DNA of 35,920 nucleotides from a virus (taxonomy: Duplodnaviria > Caudoviricetes). The DNA is taken from positions 1 to 35,920 of IMG/VR virus record IMGVR_UViG_3300020045_010541; one strand, given 5' to 3'. The notes beneath the pieces are model-generated. The model was not told the origin of the DNA. It was given only the letters and a program-made list of their open reading frames with translations, and searched no databases. The position numbers were made by a program, and so were the translations under genes. Positions 7,916 through 17,227 of the stretch are shown in pieces. The first letter of the stretch is position 1; each line of letters starts with the position of its first letter.

Positions 7916-8830
7916 TTAGTCTTTAGTAAATGATACCCAATTCGCATCGGCTATCGTGTTTGTGGCTTCGCAAAGCCAAAGTTTATGGTTTACCCGGTCA
8001 CAGCGTAATTCATCCTGGACACCAACAGTGCCATTGACCCCGGCAACACAACCGACACCGCCCATAAGGGCAGCAGTCCATGCAGCATTAGCGGCTATCG
8101 TGGTTGTTGTCACGTATGGGCTGGCATTGCCCACAACTCCCTTTATTTTGCTTGTGATGGTCAGTTTAGCTGCGGTTGTGTTTACTCCCGTTACTAAGCT
8201 ATGGGCAACGGTATCAGAGCCATATTTTGTTCCACCGCCAGCGCCTTTATTGATGGCATTCATGAGGTTTTCCATACAAAGCTGGGCGCTTACTTCGACC
8301 AATACCTCATTGGCTGTTTCCGGGGCGGTCAGTGCATCTTTGAAAGTATAAACTATTTCAGAAGCACCGGAGCCGATTGTCACGGTTTCATTATTGGCAG
8401 CGACACCTGTCCAGTTAAGCACACCGGTTGACGCAACCGCATTGACAACCGCTGTGTTTATGAGTGTCAAGGTCGGGGCTGTGATGGTTTTATTCGTCAA
8501 TGTCTGCTGCACATCTTTGGTTACAATCTCATCAGCAGCATCACCTAAGTCAGGGATTGTCAGGCTGGGGCTTGCGTGTGTCTGAGATGATACGTCAAGA
8601 GTCACATACTCTGTTGCCGTCCCGATTTTAGGGCTGGTGATGGTCTTGTTCGTCATGGTGACTGTATTGTCAGTCGTGACAAGCTTACTCTCGTCTAAAC
8701 CCTCTAAAATGTCGTTTTGGAGGTTTTCAAAAGTGATTACCCTTTCAGCATCGCCACCAGTCCGGCTGATAACCTGGATGAGGTCTGCATTGTTAAGGGA
8801 TGTAATGGTTTTGTCTGTGAAGTCTGCCAT
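7916..8830 (-). CDS. Putative tail fibre protein
   Basis: Two TxTNKTITxP repeats, an internal ~125-aa domain, and a C-terminal GVQDELRCD...LWLC...NW fibre-type motif. Confidence 0.65.
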   Translation of the reverse strand: MADFTDKTITSLNNADLIQVISRTGGDAERVITFENLQNDILEGLDESKLVTTDNTVTMTNKTITSPKIGTATEYVTLDVSSQTHASPSLTIPDLGDAADEIVTKDVQQTLTNKTITAPTLTLINTAVVNAVASTGVLNWTGVAANNETVTIGSGASEIVYTFKDALTAPETANEVLVEVSAQLCMENLMNAINKGAGGGTKYGSDTVAHSLVTGVNTTAAKLTITSKIKGVVGNASPYVTTTTIAANAAWTAALMGGVGCVAGVNGTVGVQDELRCDRVNHKLWLCEATNTIADANWVSFTKD

Positions 8831-8839
8831 TTTATACTC

Positions 8840-9643
8840 CTATGATGATATTCTTTGTACGCTGAAATTAGCGTATGATATTGTGATGTCATTATCACTT
8901 GCTGAGTTATGATAATATCTGATGTCATAATCTTTGCTTGCCGCACCTTCTTTGTAAATGCAGGATAGGTAAACAGTGGTTATGTTGGCTCCGGTTATAT
9001 GATACTGCCTGACTTCGCTGTTTGCTAAGATTGTTCCGTCACGGTAAATTGCAAACTGATTTGTCAGAGCATCATCTGAGCTGATAAATGATAACTGTGC
9101 ATTGAGCCGGTAAACGCCATTGGTTGCTATCGTGATTTTGTCATTGGCTTGGTCAACAGTTATCCCGGATGAATATTCACCATTGGTTGCAAACGGTGTC
9201 AGCTTTGTCCAGGTTGTTTTGGCAACGGTCTGAGCAGAAGCGCCACCCGCAACGTATATCTCGCCAAATGCCGGAGTAACTGCTGTTAGCTGAGCCTGTG
9301 CATCTGATGTCAGGGTTTTGATATATCCCAATTCCGTAGCTGTCAACCCGGCTGCTGCCAATCCTGCCAATAGGTTTAAGTCAGTCGCAAGGGCTGTCAT
9401 GGCAACATTCTCATTTATCTTGGGGTTGGTCAGGGTTTTATTGGTCATCGTCTGTGTGTCTGTGAGCAGCACAATGTCAACAGGGCTGGCAGTAACAGCA
9501 GCCCGGATATATGCTAAAATCTCAGCAGCAGTCAGCTTGTAAGTTTCATTGCTCCCGGTTGCGATTTCCAGCGGGAACATATCAGTAGATGCTAATGCTC
9601 CCGATGGCTTTGTGGTTAGTGCAGATATGCGTTTTGTCGCCAT
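8840..9643 (-). CDS. Putative tail fibre / receptor-binding protein with C1q-like C-terminus
   Basis: MATKRISALT N-terminus, TQTMTNKTLTNPKI repeat and C-terminal jelly-roll motif. Confidence 0.65.
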   Translation of the reverse strand: MATKRISALTTKPSGALASTDMFPLEIATGSNETYKLTAAEILAYIRAAVTASPVDIVLLTDTQTMTNKTLTNPKINENVAMTALATDLNLLAGLAAAGLTATELGYIKTLTSDAQAQLTAVTPAFGEIYVAGGASAQTVAKTTWTKLTPFATNGEYSSGITVDQANDKITIATNGVYRLNAQLSFISSDDALTNQFAIYRDGTILANSEVRQYHITGANITTVYLSCIYKEGAASKDYDIRYYHNSASDNDITISYANFSVQRISS

Positions 9644-9652
9644 TATAATCTC

Positions 9653-10162
9653 CTATAAATAAATAATTTGGTTGCCGGAATCGTCTATGATAGTGTTCCC
9701 AGCATCGTCAATCGCATCAGTGGGTGCTTGGTTACTGAATGAAGTTGGCAGCCCGGTCAGTAATTCCTCACCTATAAATTTTAGCTTTAGGCTTTGCCCT
9801 ACATTCACATTCGCCCAATCCTCAGGTGCGAAATCGGAATCCAGAAAGCAAAGATAGGCTGCTGTGGACCCGGTGTCTGTGCTTGTGTAGCGTGGGTATA
9901 TTGCTATTGACGAGCCATTAGTAAAAGCCTGTGACAATGTGCTTGCCAGCCCCGTAAACAAGGCTATCTGAGCATCAGAGCCGTCATTGAATAACTCAGC
10001 ATCAATGCTAACTCTCCAGCCTTTGGGGTGCAAAATGTGTTTTCCGGCAATGGTCGTGTTTCGCACATATTCCGGGATAAAGGCAATCGTGCCAAATGCG
10101 GTTGTAAATTCGCCTGTTCCTATCTTTACTCCACCCCAGCCAAATAACGTCTGCACTGCCAT
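9653..10162 (-). CDS. Tail tip protein (distal-tail-like)
   Basis: Two genes downstream of the tape measure, with a C-terminal IDDAGNTIIDDSGNQI repeat. Confidence 0.5.
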   Translation of the reverse strand: MAVQTLFGWGGVKIGTGEFTTAFGTIAFIPEYVRNTTIAGKHILHPKGWRVSIDAELFNDGSDAQIALFTGLASTLSQAFTNGSSIAIYPRYTSTDTGSTAAYLCFLDSDFAPEDWANVNVGQSLKLKFIGEELLTGLPTSFSNQAPTDAIDDAGNTIIDDSGNQIIYL

Positions 10163-11629
10163 CTAAACCACCCCATACCCTTCTATGTCTGATGTCTCTT
10201 CATAGTAATTATTCACAATCCTGGTTACAACATAGTCGTGGTTATTATACATTATCTTTGTTCCCAACCCCACATTAACAGTTCCGTCTATGGTTATGCT
10301 CAGCTTGACACGATACCAATTCAATATCGTTTGAAAATACTGTTTGATATAGTTCAAAACGTCTGTGATATTTAGCAGAAAATTCAATCCGATATTGTTT
10401 GCAACCGATTTGATAAACACGCCGGACTTGACCGGGCTGCCTATTGCTGCATTGGTTATTGACACACTCGGATTAGTGTCATTCAGTATCGGTCTGATTT
10501 TGCAGATTACATTCCCGGCTGCATCGTTGACCATAGCTGCCTGTCTCAGAAATAGCAAGTCTGACAAAGTCTGGAACGGGTTGACATCTGCATTATCCGG
10601 GTCAATCTGCACATCGTTAATTTCTGCACTGCCTGAGTATTGCCAATAGTCGTTATTAAAACCATACTCCCGGATTGTAAATGCACTTGCCGGATCTGTG
10701 TATGTGGCTGTTGAGTTATTGGCTATGACAATCCACTCATCAGCATTGTAAAGAATAGATTCCAGATTATAGTCTGACAACGGGAAACTGCTTGATGACC
10801 TGCGGACGTGATGAATGTTTTTGTAAACTGCATAGTCACCAAGTCCATTGAATTTGATAATCAGGCAGCGGCACTCATACATAAATGGGGCGCTGGCATT
10901 ATAGCGTTCTTTGAACATAAAAAAGCAAAGCTGATTTTCGGTAACAGGCAGGATTCCGCCGCTTGTTATTGGGAAGACGTTTATCACTTTGTAAGTGTTT
11001 TCAACATAGTTGCCACCCTCGAATCCAAAGTCAAGCTCCCAATCCCATGCTGAAAAGGCATTGTTGTAATTAGGCAAAAGCATAGTAATAAAGAAAGGTG
11101 ATAAAATAGTTTGCCCTGCATACTGATAAGCTGGGCGGTTGGCTGTTGTAATGTTCAGAAATGGAGTTATTAAAGCCTGGTTAAATAGTGAGTAGTCACC
11201 AGACGCAGATACAAGCTCGTCTATTGTCCTGGACGTGCCGGGAATGGTATATAAATAGCCTTCATTGGCTCTTGTCATAAACCCGGTTGTGCTAAGTAGT
11301 GTAAACATAAATCTAAAGTTGACTTCGTCAATCCTGACAGTGTCCAAAAAGATAACTCCGGTATAAACAAGCACATTGTCATTATAGACTTTGGCTCCGT
11401 ATTTCCAGACAAGCGGATAGCGGTTTGCCAATGGCAGATAATCCCAATAGGCAGATATATCAGACCAGTCAATCACAATATCCATATAGCTAAAATCTGC
11501 CTGGTTGAAATACAGGTCTGCTATCGCTTCGCCATTGTTGGAATAGGCAAGCACATTGTTACTTGTAAAGGTAACTGTCGGACTTGCCGACCAGAGCAAA
11601 TCCCATTGGATAAAGTCTATTCTAAGCAT
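10163..11629 (-). CDS. Tail tip / baseplate hub-like protein
   Basis: 488 aa immediately after the tape measure, with a VYTGVIF...IDE...F N-terminal pattern and a VNVGLG...YVVTRI C-terminal hub-like pattern. Confidence 0.55.
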   Translation of the reverse strand: MLRIDFIQWDLLWSASPTVTFTSNNVLAYSNNGEAIADLYFNQADFSYMDIVIDWSDISAYWDYLPLANRYPLVWKYGAKVYNDNVLVYTGVIFLDTVRIDEVNFRFMFTLLSTTGFMTRANEGYLYTIPGTSRTIDELVSASGDYSLFNQALITPFLNITTANRPAYQYAGQTILSPFFITMLLPNYNNAFSAWDWELDFGFEGGNYVENTYKVINVFPITSGGILPVTENQLCFFMFKERYNASAPFMYECRCLIIKFNGLGDYAVYKNIHHVRRSSSSFPLSDYNLESILYNADEWIVIANNSTATYTDPASAFTIREYGFNNDYWQYSGSAEINDVQIDPDNADVNPFQTLSDLLFLRQAAMVNDAAGNVICKIRPILNDTNPSVSITNAAIGSPVKSGVFIKSVANNIGLNFLLNITDVLNYIKQYFQTILNWYRVKLSITIDGTVNVGLGTKIMYNNHDYVVTRIVNNYYEETSDIEGYGVV

Positions 11630-13370
11630 AGCGTAAGGTCGTGCCTATCTCGGCAGCCCGGCTGATGTCACGTGGATTGACATAAACCTGGATTGGTTGT
11701 TGGTTATTGCTGATACCGGCAAATCCGGCTCTTATTTCACGTGATATAGAGCGTTCACCTATCGGAGTTATGTTTTGACTCGCTGTGTTGTTTCTGCTGC
11801 CCGTAGTGCTATTAAAAAGCCCGCCCACGAAGTCAAACAGATTAGCTCCAATACTGAATATGTTCCCGCCGCCACCGATAGCATTAAAGGCAGTCATCAC
11901 TGCCATCTTTGCAATCATGCGTGTGATTTCAGATATTACAGCATTCGCAAGGTCGTGCCAGATTTCTTTTAGTTTTTCCGCAGCCGAAGCGTGTGACATC
12001 AGCATAGTGAATAAAGCATTGCCAAGCTGATTCTCAATCATGCTTTTCATAGATTCGCCAAAGTCAACCCAAGCCTGTTCTGCTTGTGTCAGGCTATCGG
12101 ATAACTCGTCAAGCCCTTCCATTGCGTCTTTGGTAATTTCCGGGAAAGCAGACATTGTTTCGCCTGTTGCTTTTAGCTTTTCTGACATTGTGCTGTCATT
12201 AAGTCTGTTGTAAATGTCAACCATTTTGGCATAATCAGCATCACTCATCCCACCCTGAGAAGGGATTGAAAGCATCTGGCTCATGTTTTGCTTTATGCCA
12301 AATAGCCATTTACTATATGCTTCTAACCGCTTTAGTTCTTCCTCTGATATTGCACCGCCTTTTTTGTCACCTGCCTTGTTTGCTTCATATTTATCTAACT
12401 CTATTTTTTTTGCTTTTGCTTCTAAAAGAGCCTGCATCAATCTCAGTTCTTTTTCGCCAAGCGCAGTTCTCTTTTGTGTCATTTCAAACTCACCTGTCTT
12501 AGGATTAAGCATTTCAATCCAGCGATGTTCTCCGGCATCAAACTGGTCTCTTAATGCTTTTAGGTCTGCTTCTAAGACAAGTATGTTATCAGATTTAATG
12601 CCTGTGATAAATTGCTTATATCCTAAATAAGAGTTCTTGAGCATATCAATAAACTTGGTCAATCCCCTTACCGCTGAGTCTATTGATGGCAAAAACATCT
12701 CACCGATTGAAGCCTTAAATACCGTGAAACTGTCTTTTAGATTTGATATAGCGCCCTCATAGGTTGACATCATGCGCTTACCGGCTCCGGCTATGCCAGC
12801 CGCAGGATTAACGAATGTGTCAAGCATTGCTTTTCTGAATTGCGGCAATGTTAGCTTAGTCAAGTCCTTTATCCCGTTGAAATCACGGATTAAGTTAAGC
12901 ACTCCCCTTTCCCTAAGAATATCAGCAGCCCCCACACCACCGGCAAAAGCCCTGCCTACTGAATTGGCTGCTTCCACCACATCCATTCCCATATATGCGG
13001 CAAGGTCTGTAATTGACTGCAATGTGCTTTCAGCATCAACCCCAAAGGCTTTTAATTGGCTGCCAGCTTCCACTATGTTTGTCAACTCAAATGGTGTTTC
13101 AACTGCCATTTTCTGGAATTTAGCAAATACATCAGATGCTTTTGCTGCTGACTGATAAAGGTTAGTCAACCGCATTTCAAGGCTTTCAAACTTTGCTGCT
13201 GCGTTGACTGCTGCCATTGATGCTTTCATTGCGGCATAGGCAACTGCGATTATGCCTATTTTAGCAGCCATACTGGTCAATGCGGCATTCAGTCCGTTTA
13301 TCTGTCCTTGTGCCTGAGTTATGCCTTTAGCAGTAAACTCTAATTGCATTTTCTCGGTAGTCGTTGCCAT
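11622..13370 (-). CDS. Tail tape measure protein
   Basis: Ala-rich helical sequence with ETPFELTNIVEAGSQLKAFG...LQSITDLAA tape-measure motif, following the chaperones. Confidence 0.9.
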   Translation of the reverse strand: MATTTEKMQLEFTAKGITQAQGQINGLNAALTSMAAKIGIIAVAYAAMKASMAAVNAAAKFESLEMRLTNLYQSAAKASDVFAKFQKMAVETPFELTNIVEAGSQLKAFGVDAESTLQSITDLAAYMGMDVVEAANSVGRAFAGGVGAADILRERGVLNLIRDFNGIKDLTKLTLPQFRKAMLDTFVNPAAGIAGAGKRMMSTYEGAISNLKDSFTVFKASIGEMFLPSIDSAVRGLTKFIDMLKNSYLGYKQFITGIKSDNILVLEADLKALRDQFDAGEHRWIEMLNPKTGEFEMTQKRTALGEKELRLMQALLEAKAKKIELDKYEANKAGDKKGGAISEEELKRLEAYSKWLFGIKQNMSQMLSIPSQGGMSDADYAKMVDIYNRLNDSTMSEKLKATGETMSAFPEITKDAMEGLDELSDSLTQAEQAWVDFGESMKSMIENQLGNALFTMLMSHASAAEKLKEIWHDLANAVISEITRMIAKMAVMTAFNAIGGGGNIFSIGANLFDFVGGLFNSTTGSRNNTASQNITPIGERSISREIRAGFAGISNNQQPIQVYVNPRDISRAAEIGTTLRYA

Positions 13371-13665
13371 TATCCCTTCTTAGCTCTTAGCGATTCCAGT
13401 TCGTTCTGTGCTGCTGACAGCAGGGTGATAAACCATTCCTGCTGATACTCCCAAGAGCCGGGAGCCGGATAATGCACAAAACCTTTCTCTATTTCTGATA
13501 AATAGCGATAAACATATAGAGCGGCAGGATGCACTTTGCCGTAAGAGTGATTGCAAGTCTGATACTCTAAGCAATCCCGGCAGAAATTCATGACCCGGCA
13601 GGCTTCCATTTGCGGAGCGTTGGCATTTTGCTTTTGATGGTAAAACCACCGCACCGCCGATATTA
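13370..13665 (-). CDS. Tail assembly chaperone, T segment (reached by -1 frameshift)
   Basis: The -1 frame is open from the slippery site (LISAVRWFYHQ...) to TAA overlapping the tape-measure ATG. It has no RBS of its own. Confidence 0.75.
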
Positions 13666-14016
13666 GTTTTTTTCAATTCCCTCTACCGAAGCCATGACAG
13701 CAGATTCCTGGTTGACAATAGCCGTCACCATTGCATAAACATACTCAGGCAATAGCATAGCAGCGTTGTCTTTGGTAATAGGCAGAGCAACACCTTTATC
13801 GTCTGCAAATTCCCAAGACTTCACAGCCTGAGCGATAACCTCACAGCCAATCGCCATGTCAATCTGCGCACGGTCATCGTCTTTGACAAACAGGCTTTGA
13901 AACAGCCGGGTCTTGTCTCTGATGTTCAGCAGTTCCGCTTTGGCTATGACTTCGTCATTGTATTTTATGTCATAGCCATACATAGGGAGGTCGGATATTC
14001 TGCAATTCTTTATCAT
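13663..14016 (-). CDS. Tail assembly chaperone (gpG-like)
   Basis: Lies between tail tube and tape measure, VKSWEFADDKGVALPITKDNA motif, ends GAA AAA AAC TAA. Confidence 0.8.
   Translation of the reverse strand: MIKNCRISDLPMYGYDIKYNDEVIAKAELLNIRDKTRLFQSLFVKDDDRAQIDMAIGCEVIAQAVKSWEFADDKGVALPITKDNAAMLLPEYVYAMVTAIVNQESAVMASVEGIEKN
13666..13672 (-). other. -1 programmed ribosomal frameshift heptamer A AAA AAC
   Basis: X XXY YYZ heptamer in frame immediately before the chaperone stop codon. Confidence 0.8.
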
Positions 14017-14018
14017 AA

Positions 14019-14945
14019 TCAGCTCACTGCGACACTGATGGCTGTCTGGTCTGAATCACCTGCCAATTCCAGGCTATATGATGCCAAGAACAGGCTCTTG
14101 TCCGGGTCTGCCATAGTGTAATCGGCTATTCGGCTGTTTGTGGTGATTGCTATGGTTTTGGCGGTTGTGGTCGGCTCTACTAAGTTTATCACATTGGTTA
14201 TTGGGGTCTGGCTTCCGATTGCAGTCATCAGAGCCGGGTCGTATGTTTCATCCCAAATTGTTTCAAGAGCCAGAGTGCCACCCTGGGCAATAACACGACC
14301 CTCAAGCGGGGTCATACTGTTTTGATACTTTACCCTGTCATCTACAAAGGTTGTTGTCAAGTTCAAAGCAAAGCTATTCATCTTGGCAGCACTGTTGAAA
14401 AGGGTATTGGTTACATTGCCAAATAGGAACGGGGTCAATATAGCATTGGCTGCCGGAGTGGTCAAATCGGTTGTGTTTAGTGTTACTGATGCACAACGGA
14501 AAACCGCCTCAAACTGCACTATGCCATTGCTTTCGCCTGTGACGTTTAGGCTTTCACATTCGCAACCTAGGGCAATGTCAATCTTGGCGGTGGAATCTGT
14601 GTAGCGCTTGGCAATGTTGTAAGTAAACGCTGCGGGCTGTCCTGCCTGTATTGCATACGGAGTTCCGGCTTTTCTGAAGTAAGCAGCAAGCAGGATAGGC
14701 TCATATTCTTTGCAGAAATCCCCGGAAAGCGTAACTGTGCCGCTTGACCCGGTGATAATCTTCTCAGCTATCTTCGGCTCGTTGGTGCTTGTTTTAATTT
14801 TAGTATCTGTCATGATGACATTCTTTTTAATGTCAACCATACAGTTAAACGGGGTGGCAGCCGCCCATGTTCCGGCAACCTGAGCGCCAAAACTGGACTC
14901 TGCAATCATCAGACCGTAATAGTCGTTACCTTGTCTATTCGCCAT
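14019..14945 (-). CDS. Major tail tube protein
   Basis: 308-aa beta-rich protein with AESSFG, GCECESLNV and NSFALNL patterns, in the canonical position. Confidence 0.8.
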   Translation of the reverse strand: MANRQGNDYYGLMIAESSFGAQVAGTWAAATPFNCMVDIKKNVIMTDTKIKTSTNEPKIAEKIITGSSGTVTLSGDFCKEYEPILLAAYFRKAGTPYAIQAGQPAAFTYNIAKRYTDSTAKIDIALGCECESLNVTGESNGIVQFEAVFRCASVTLNTTDLTTPAANAILTPFLFGNVTNTLFNSAAKMNSFALNLTTTFVDDRVKYQNSMTPLEGRVIAQGGTLALETIWDETYDPALMTAIGSQTPITNVINLVEPTTTAKTIAITTNSRIADYTMADPDKSLFLASYSLELAGDSDQTAISVAVS

Positions 14946-15117
14946 TTTCTTTTACCTCTTTTTTATTGGTTTTTAGTTTAAGCAAATGGCTCATGCGGAC
15001 TTGCAATCCAGCCGGGCATTTGCGCTCTTCGTCTTTATGAAATCGGAACAGTTCATTAAAATATCGCTCCGTAAATGTGTCCTGTGGTATGACTGTGACT
15101 TGTCTCTCTTCAATCAT
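14935..15117 (-). CDS. Small hypothetical protein
   Basis: TAATG overlap with the upstream gene, fills the gap before the tail tube gene. Confidence 0.5.
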   Translation of the reverse strand: MIEERQVTVIPQDTFTERYFNELFRFHKDEERKCPAGLQVRMSHLLKLKTNKKEVKENGE

Positions 15118-15554
15118 TATGTCCTCGATACAATCTTCATAACTGTAAAAACTATCTCCCGGCAATAAACCTGTTCGGAATATCCGGCATTGTTGGGGTC
15201 ATTGGCAATCTCCCCCTTTCTCACTGAGGTTAATTTGATGTTGGAAACATACCCGCCTAGGGTCAGGCTCGCAAGCATAGCGTTGACAACATCGTTTTGC
15301 ATTTCTAAAGCTTTGCTGATTCCATAGCCTTTTTTCTTTGGCACATAAAGGTAAATAGACAGAGCCATATCAACGTCCATCTGTCCACCTGTTTTGACAG
15401 TATATTCCTCATCACCGTCACCAACTAAAGCAACCACGATTGACCCGCTATTGAGTGCCAAGTCCTCAGGGTACTCACCAACTTTATTGATGCCTGAGAT
15501 AGCCTTTAATAGTGCCTTGCTTGCCGCTACAACGGGATATTGCCAATCTGTCAT
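15117..15554 (-). CDS. Tail terminator/completion protein
   Basis: Size, position and LTLGGYV motif. Confidence 0.65.
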   Translation of the reverse strand: MTDWQYPVVAASKALLKAISGINKVGEYPEDLALNSGSIVVALVGDGDEEYTVKTGGQMDVDMALSIYLYVPKKKGYGISKALEMQNDVVNAMLASLTLGGYVSNIKLTSVRKGEIANDPNNAGYSEQVYCREIVFTVMKIVSRT

Positions 15555-15976
15555 TTGAACACCTTCAATTTCAAGCCATATTTTTTATAGATTTCGTGGC
15601 AGCGTTCTCTTGTAACTCCAAACCATTCCCTTTTTGGCAGTTTGCCAGAGCCGGTCTGATGCCAATATCCTTTCTTGCTATCAAACTTGTCAGCGATATA
15701 AACCGCCCATCCATTTGGAATAGGCTTGACGGCAACTGAGTTAATCATATTGCTATGGTCTGTCAGGTTGACAAAGCCGGGCGCTCCTGCTTTTTCTTTG
15801 CGCTTTTGTGTGGATTCCGCATATTCTTTGAACTTATTGCCATAAACATCAACACCTTTGTCGCGTGTCTTATTTTTAATATCAGTCCTGACGGTCAAAG
15901 CGATATTATGCAAAGCCCGGTTGACTTCCGGCTCGTTTATCTTGAAAGGCTTTGGCATCTGTGTAATCTTTATCAT
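15551..15976 (-). CDS. Virion morphogenesis (neck / tail completion) protein
   Basis: NLTDHSNMINSV and WHQTGSGKLPKREWFG motifs. Confidence 0.75.
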   Translation of the reverse strand: MIKITQMPKPFKINEPEVNRALHNIALTVRTDIKNKTRDKGVDVYGNKFKEYAESTQKRKEKAGAPGFVNLTDHSNMINSVAVKPIPNGWAVYIADKFDSKKGYWHQTGSGKLPKREWFGVTRERCHEIYKKYGLKLKVFK

Positions 15977-16704
15977 CGTTCCAGTCTGCCAATGAAGTTT
16001 GCCCGGTAAGTATCAGTGACACCTGACAGGCTTTGGTCAAGGTTGATGCGCTTCATACAAGAAGCAAATTCTTTGTCATACTCATTTTCATAATACTGCC
16101 ATGTCTTTTCGTATGTATCTGTGAAGCGTTGATTGTAAAGGTCGTGATAGATAAGAGCCAGAGCCTTAAAATCACTGCACTGCATAAAGATAGTCGGATT
16201 AGCAACCACATCTAAAAGCACCTGCCCACCTGCTTCGTCAACGATAATCCCTCTGTCTGTCAAGCCTTCCTCTATCCGGTTGCCTAAAAGCGTTTTTGCA
16301 AGTGTAATCTTGGCTGTCCAGTTTGCCTGTGCTTCGTAGGTTGATAAATCACAAGTGCCTTGTGCAATGGTAAAAGTCCCGCCGGTATCTTGAAAAGTAG
16401 TGCCGTCTGAGCTAACAATAGGAAATGTCTTGTTTGCAACCGTATCAACAATGAGAATCACATTCCCAGTCAATCCAAAAGCCCATCGCTTAGTCCCGGA
16501 ATTATACAGCATGGTGTCAGTAGTCCCATTACTAAAATATGAAACCAAAGATGTCAATGTGTCAGGCGTTACGGTAATATAGTCGCCTATGTTTGCAACG
16601 ACAAGACAAGGAGCTGTATATGTGCCTAGCAGATTGTTTATCTCTGCTTCATAATTGCTAATGCTTTGCAGGGTGCTGAGTGTAGTAGCTGACCAGTCTG
16701 CCAT
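15973..16704 (-). CDS. Head-tail adaptor with apparent beta-rich insertion
   Basis: First gene after the capsid terminator, helical C-terminal part (KALALIYHDLY...YENEYDKEF). Confidence 0.55.
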   Translation of the reverse strand: MADWSATTLSTLQSISNYEAEINNLLGTYTAPCLVVANIGDYITVTPDTLTSLVSYFSNGTTDTMLYNSGTKRWAFGLTGNVILIVDTVANKTFPIVSSDGTTFQDTGGTFTIAQGTCDLSTYEAQANWTAKITLAKTLLGNRIEEGLTDRGIIVDEAGGQVLLDVVANPTIFMQCSDFKALALIYHDLYNQRFTDTYEKTWQYYENEYDKEFASCMKRINLDQSLSGVTDTYRANFIGRLER

Positions 16705-16716
16705 CTTGTAACCTCT

Positions 16717-16745
16717 AAAAGGGTGGGGGAGTGATTGGCTCCCCC
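16717..16745 (-). terminator. Intrinsic terminator after the capsid and cement genes
   Basis: On the minus strand GGGGGAG-CCAATCA-CTCCCCC followed by ACCCTTTT. Confidence 0.7.
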
Positions 16746-16753
16746 GTTATCTA

Positions 16754-17215
16754 TTATACCAGGATGGAAACGAAAGCGTCAACAGTGTCAAGGCTTTCAT
16801 CTGCTGAGGTGGTGTAAAGCAGTCTCAGGTAACGAGTGCCGGCGGCAAGGGTGTCTTGCGGAACAATAAACTGTGTGATGATAGTTCCGACCGCCCATGT
16901 GGCAGGTGTGTCAGTTCCCTGCGTGCATACAAACCGATTCCCGTATTGAGTTGTCGGCGTGCTGGTTGTGCCAAAGCAGGGTGTGATTGTAAGCGAAGCA
17001 CCGCCCGCAACCTCAACCTCTGTATGAGCGACAACAGTAATCAGTAGGCTGCCATTGCTTCCGGCTGCACTGGGATAGGTTGCTGATGGGATATTGCTGA
17101 CAATACCCAAGTCAATGGCGTTGGTTGTGTAGCCGGTTGTGGCGTTGGGTAGTGCCTGTGCATCTGACAAGATGAAATTCTCGTCAATCAGTTTACCTTT
17201 TAGATACATTCCCAT
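16754..17215 (-). CDS. Bbp16-like capsid cement protein
   Basis: SDAQAL...TNAIDLG...RYLRLLYT...AFV pattern, directly after the major capsid gene. Confidence 0.75.
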   Translation of the reverse strand: MGMYLKGKLIDENFILSDAQALPNATTGYTTNAIDLGIVSNIPSATYPSAAGSNGSLLITVVAHTEVEVAGGASLTITPCFGTTSTPTTQYGNRFVCTQGTDTPATWAVGTIITQFIVPQDTLAAGTRYLRLLYTTSADESLDTVDAFVSILV

Positions 17216-17227
17216 TTTATCCTCCCT

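Noticed and set aside
9653-11629. TAG reassignment or read-through (TAG directly followed by in-frame ATG at 10163, and TAG at 35858)
   Set aside because: Core genes are intact in the standard code and TAG ends several genes cleanly, often overlapping the next RBS as TAGGAG (5950, 9653, 18215).
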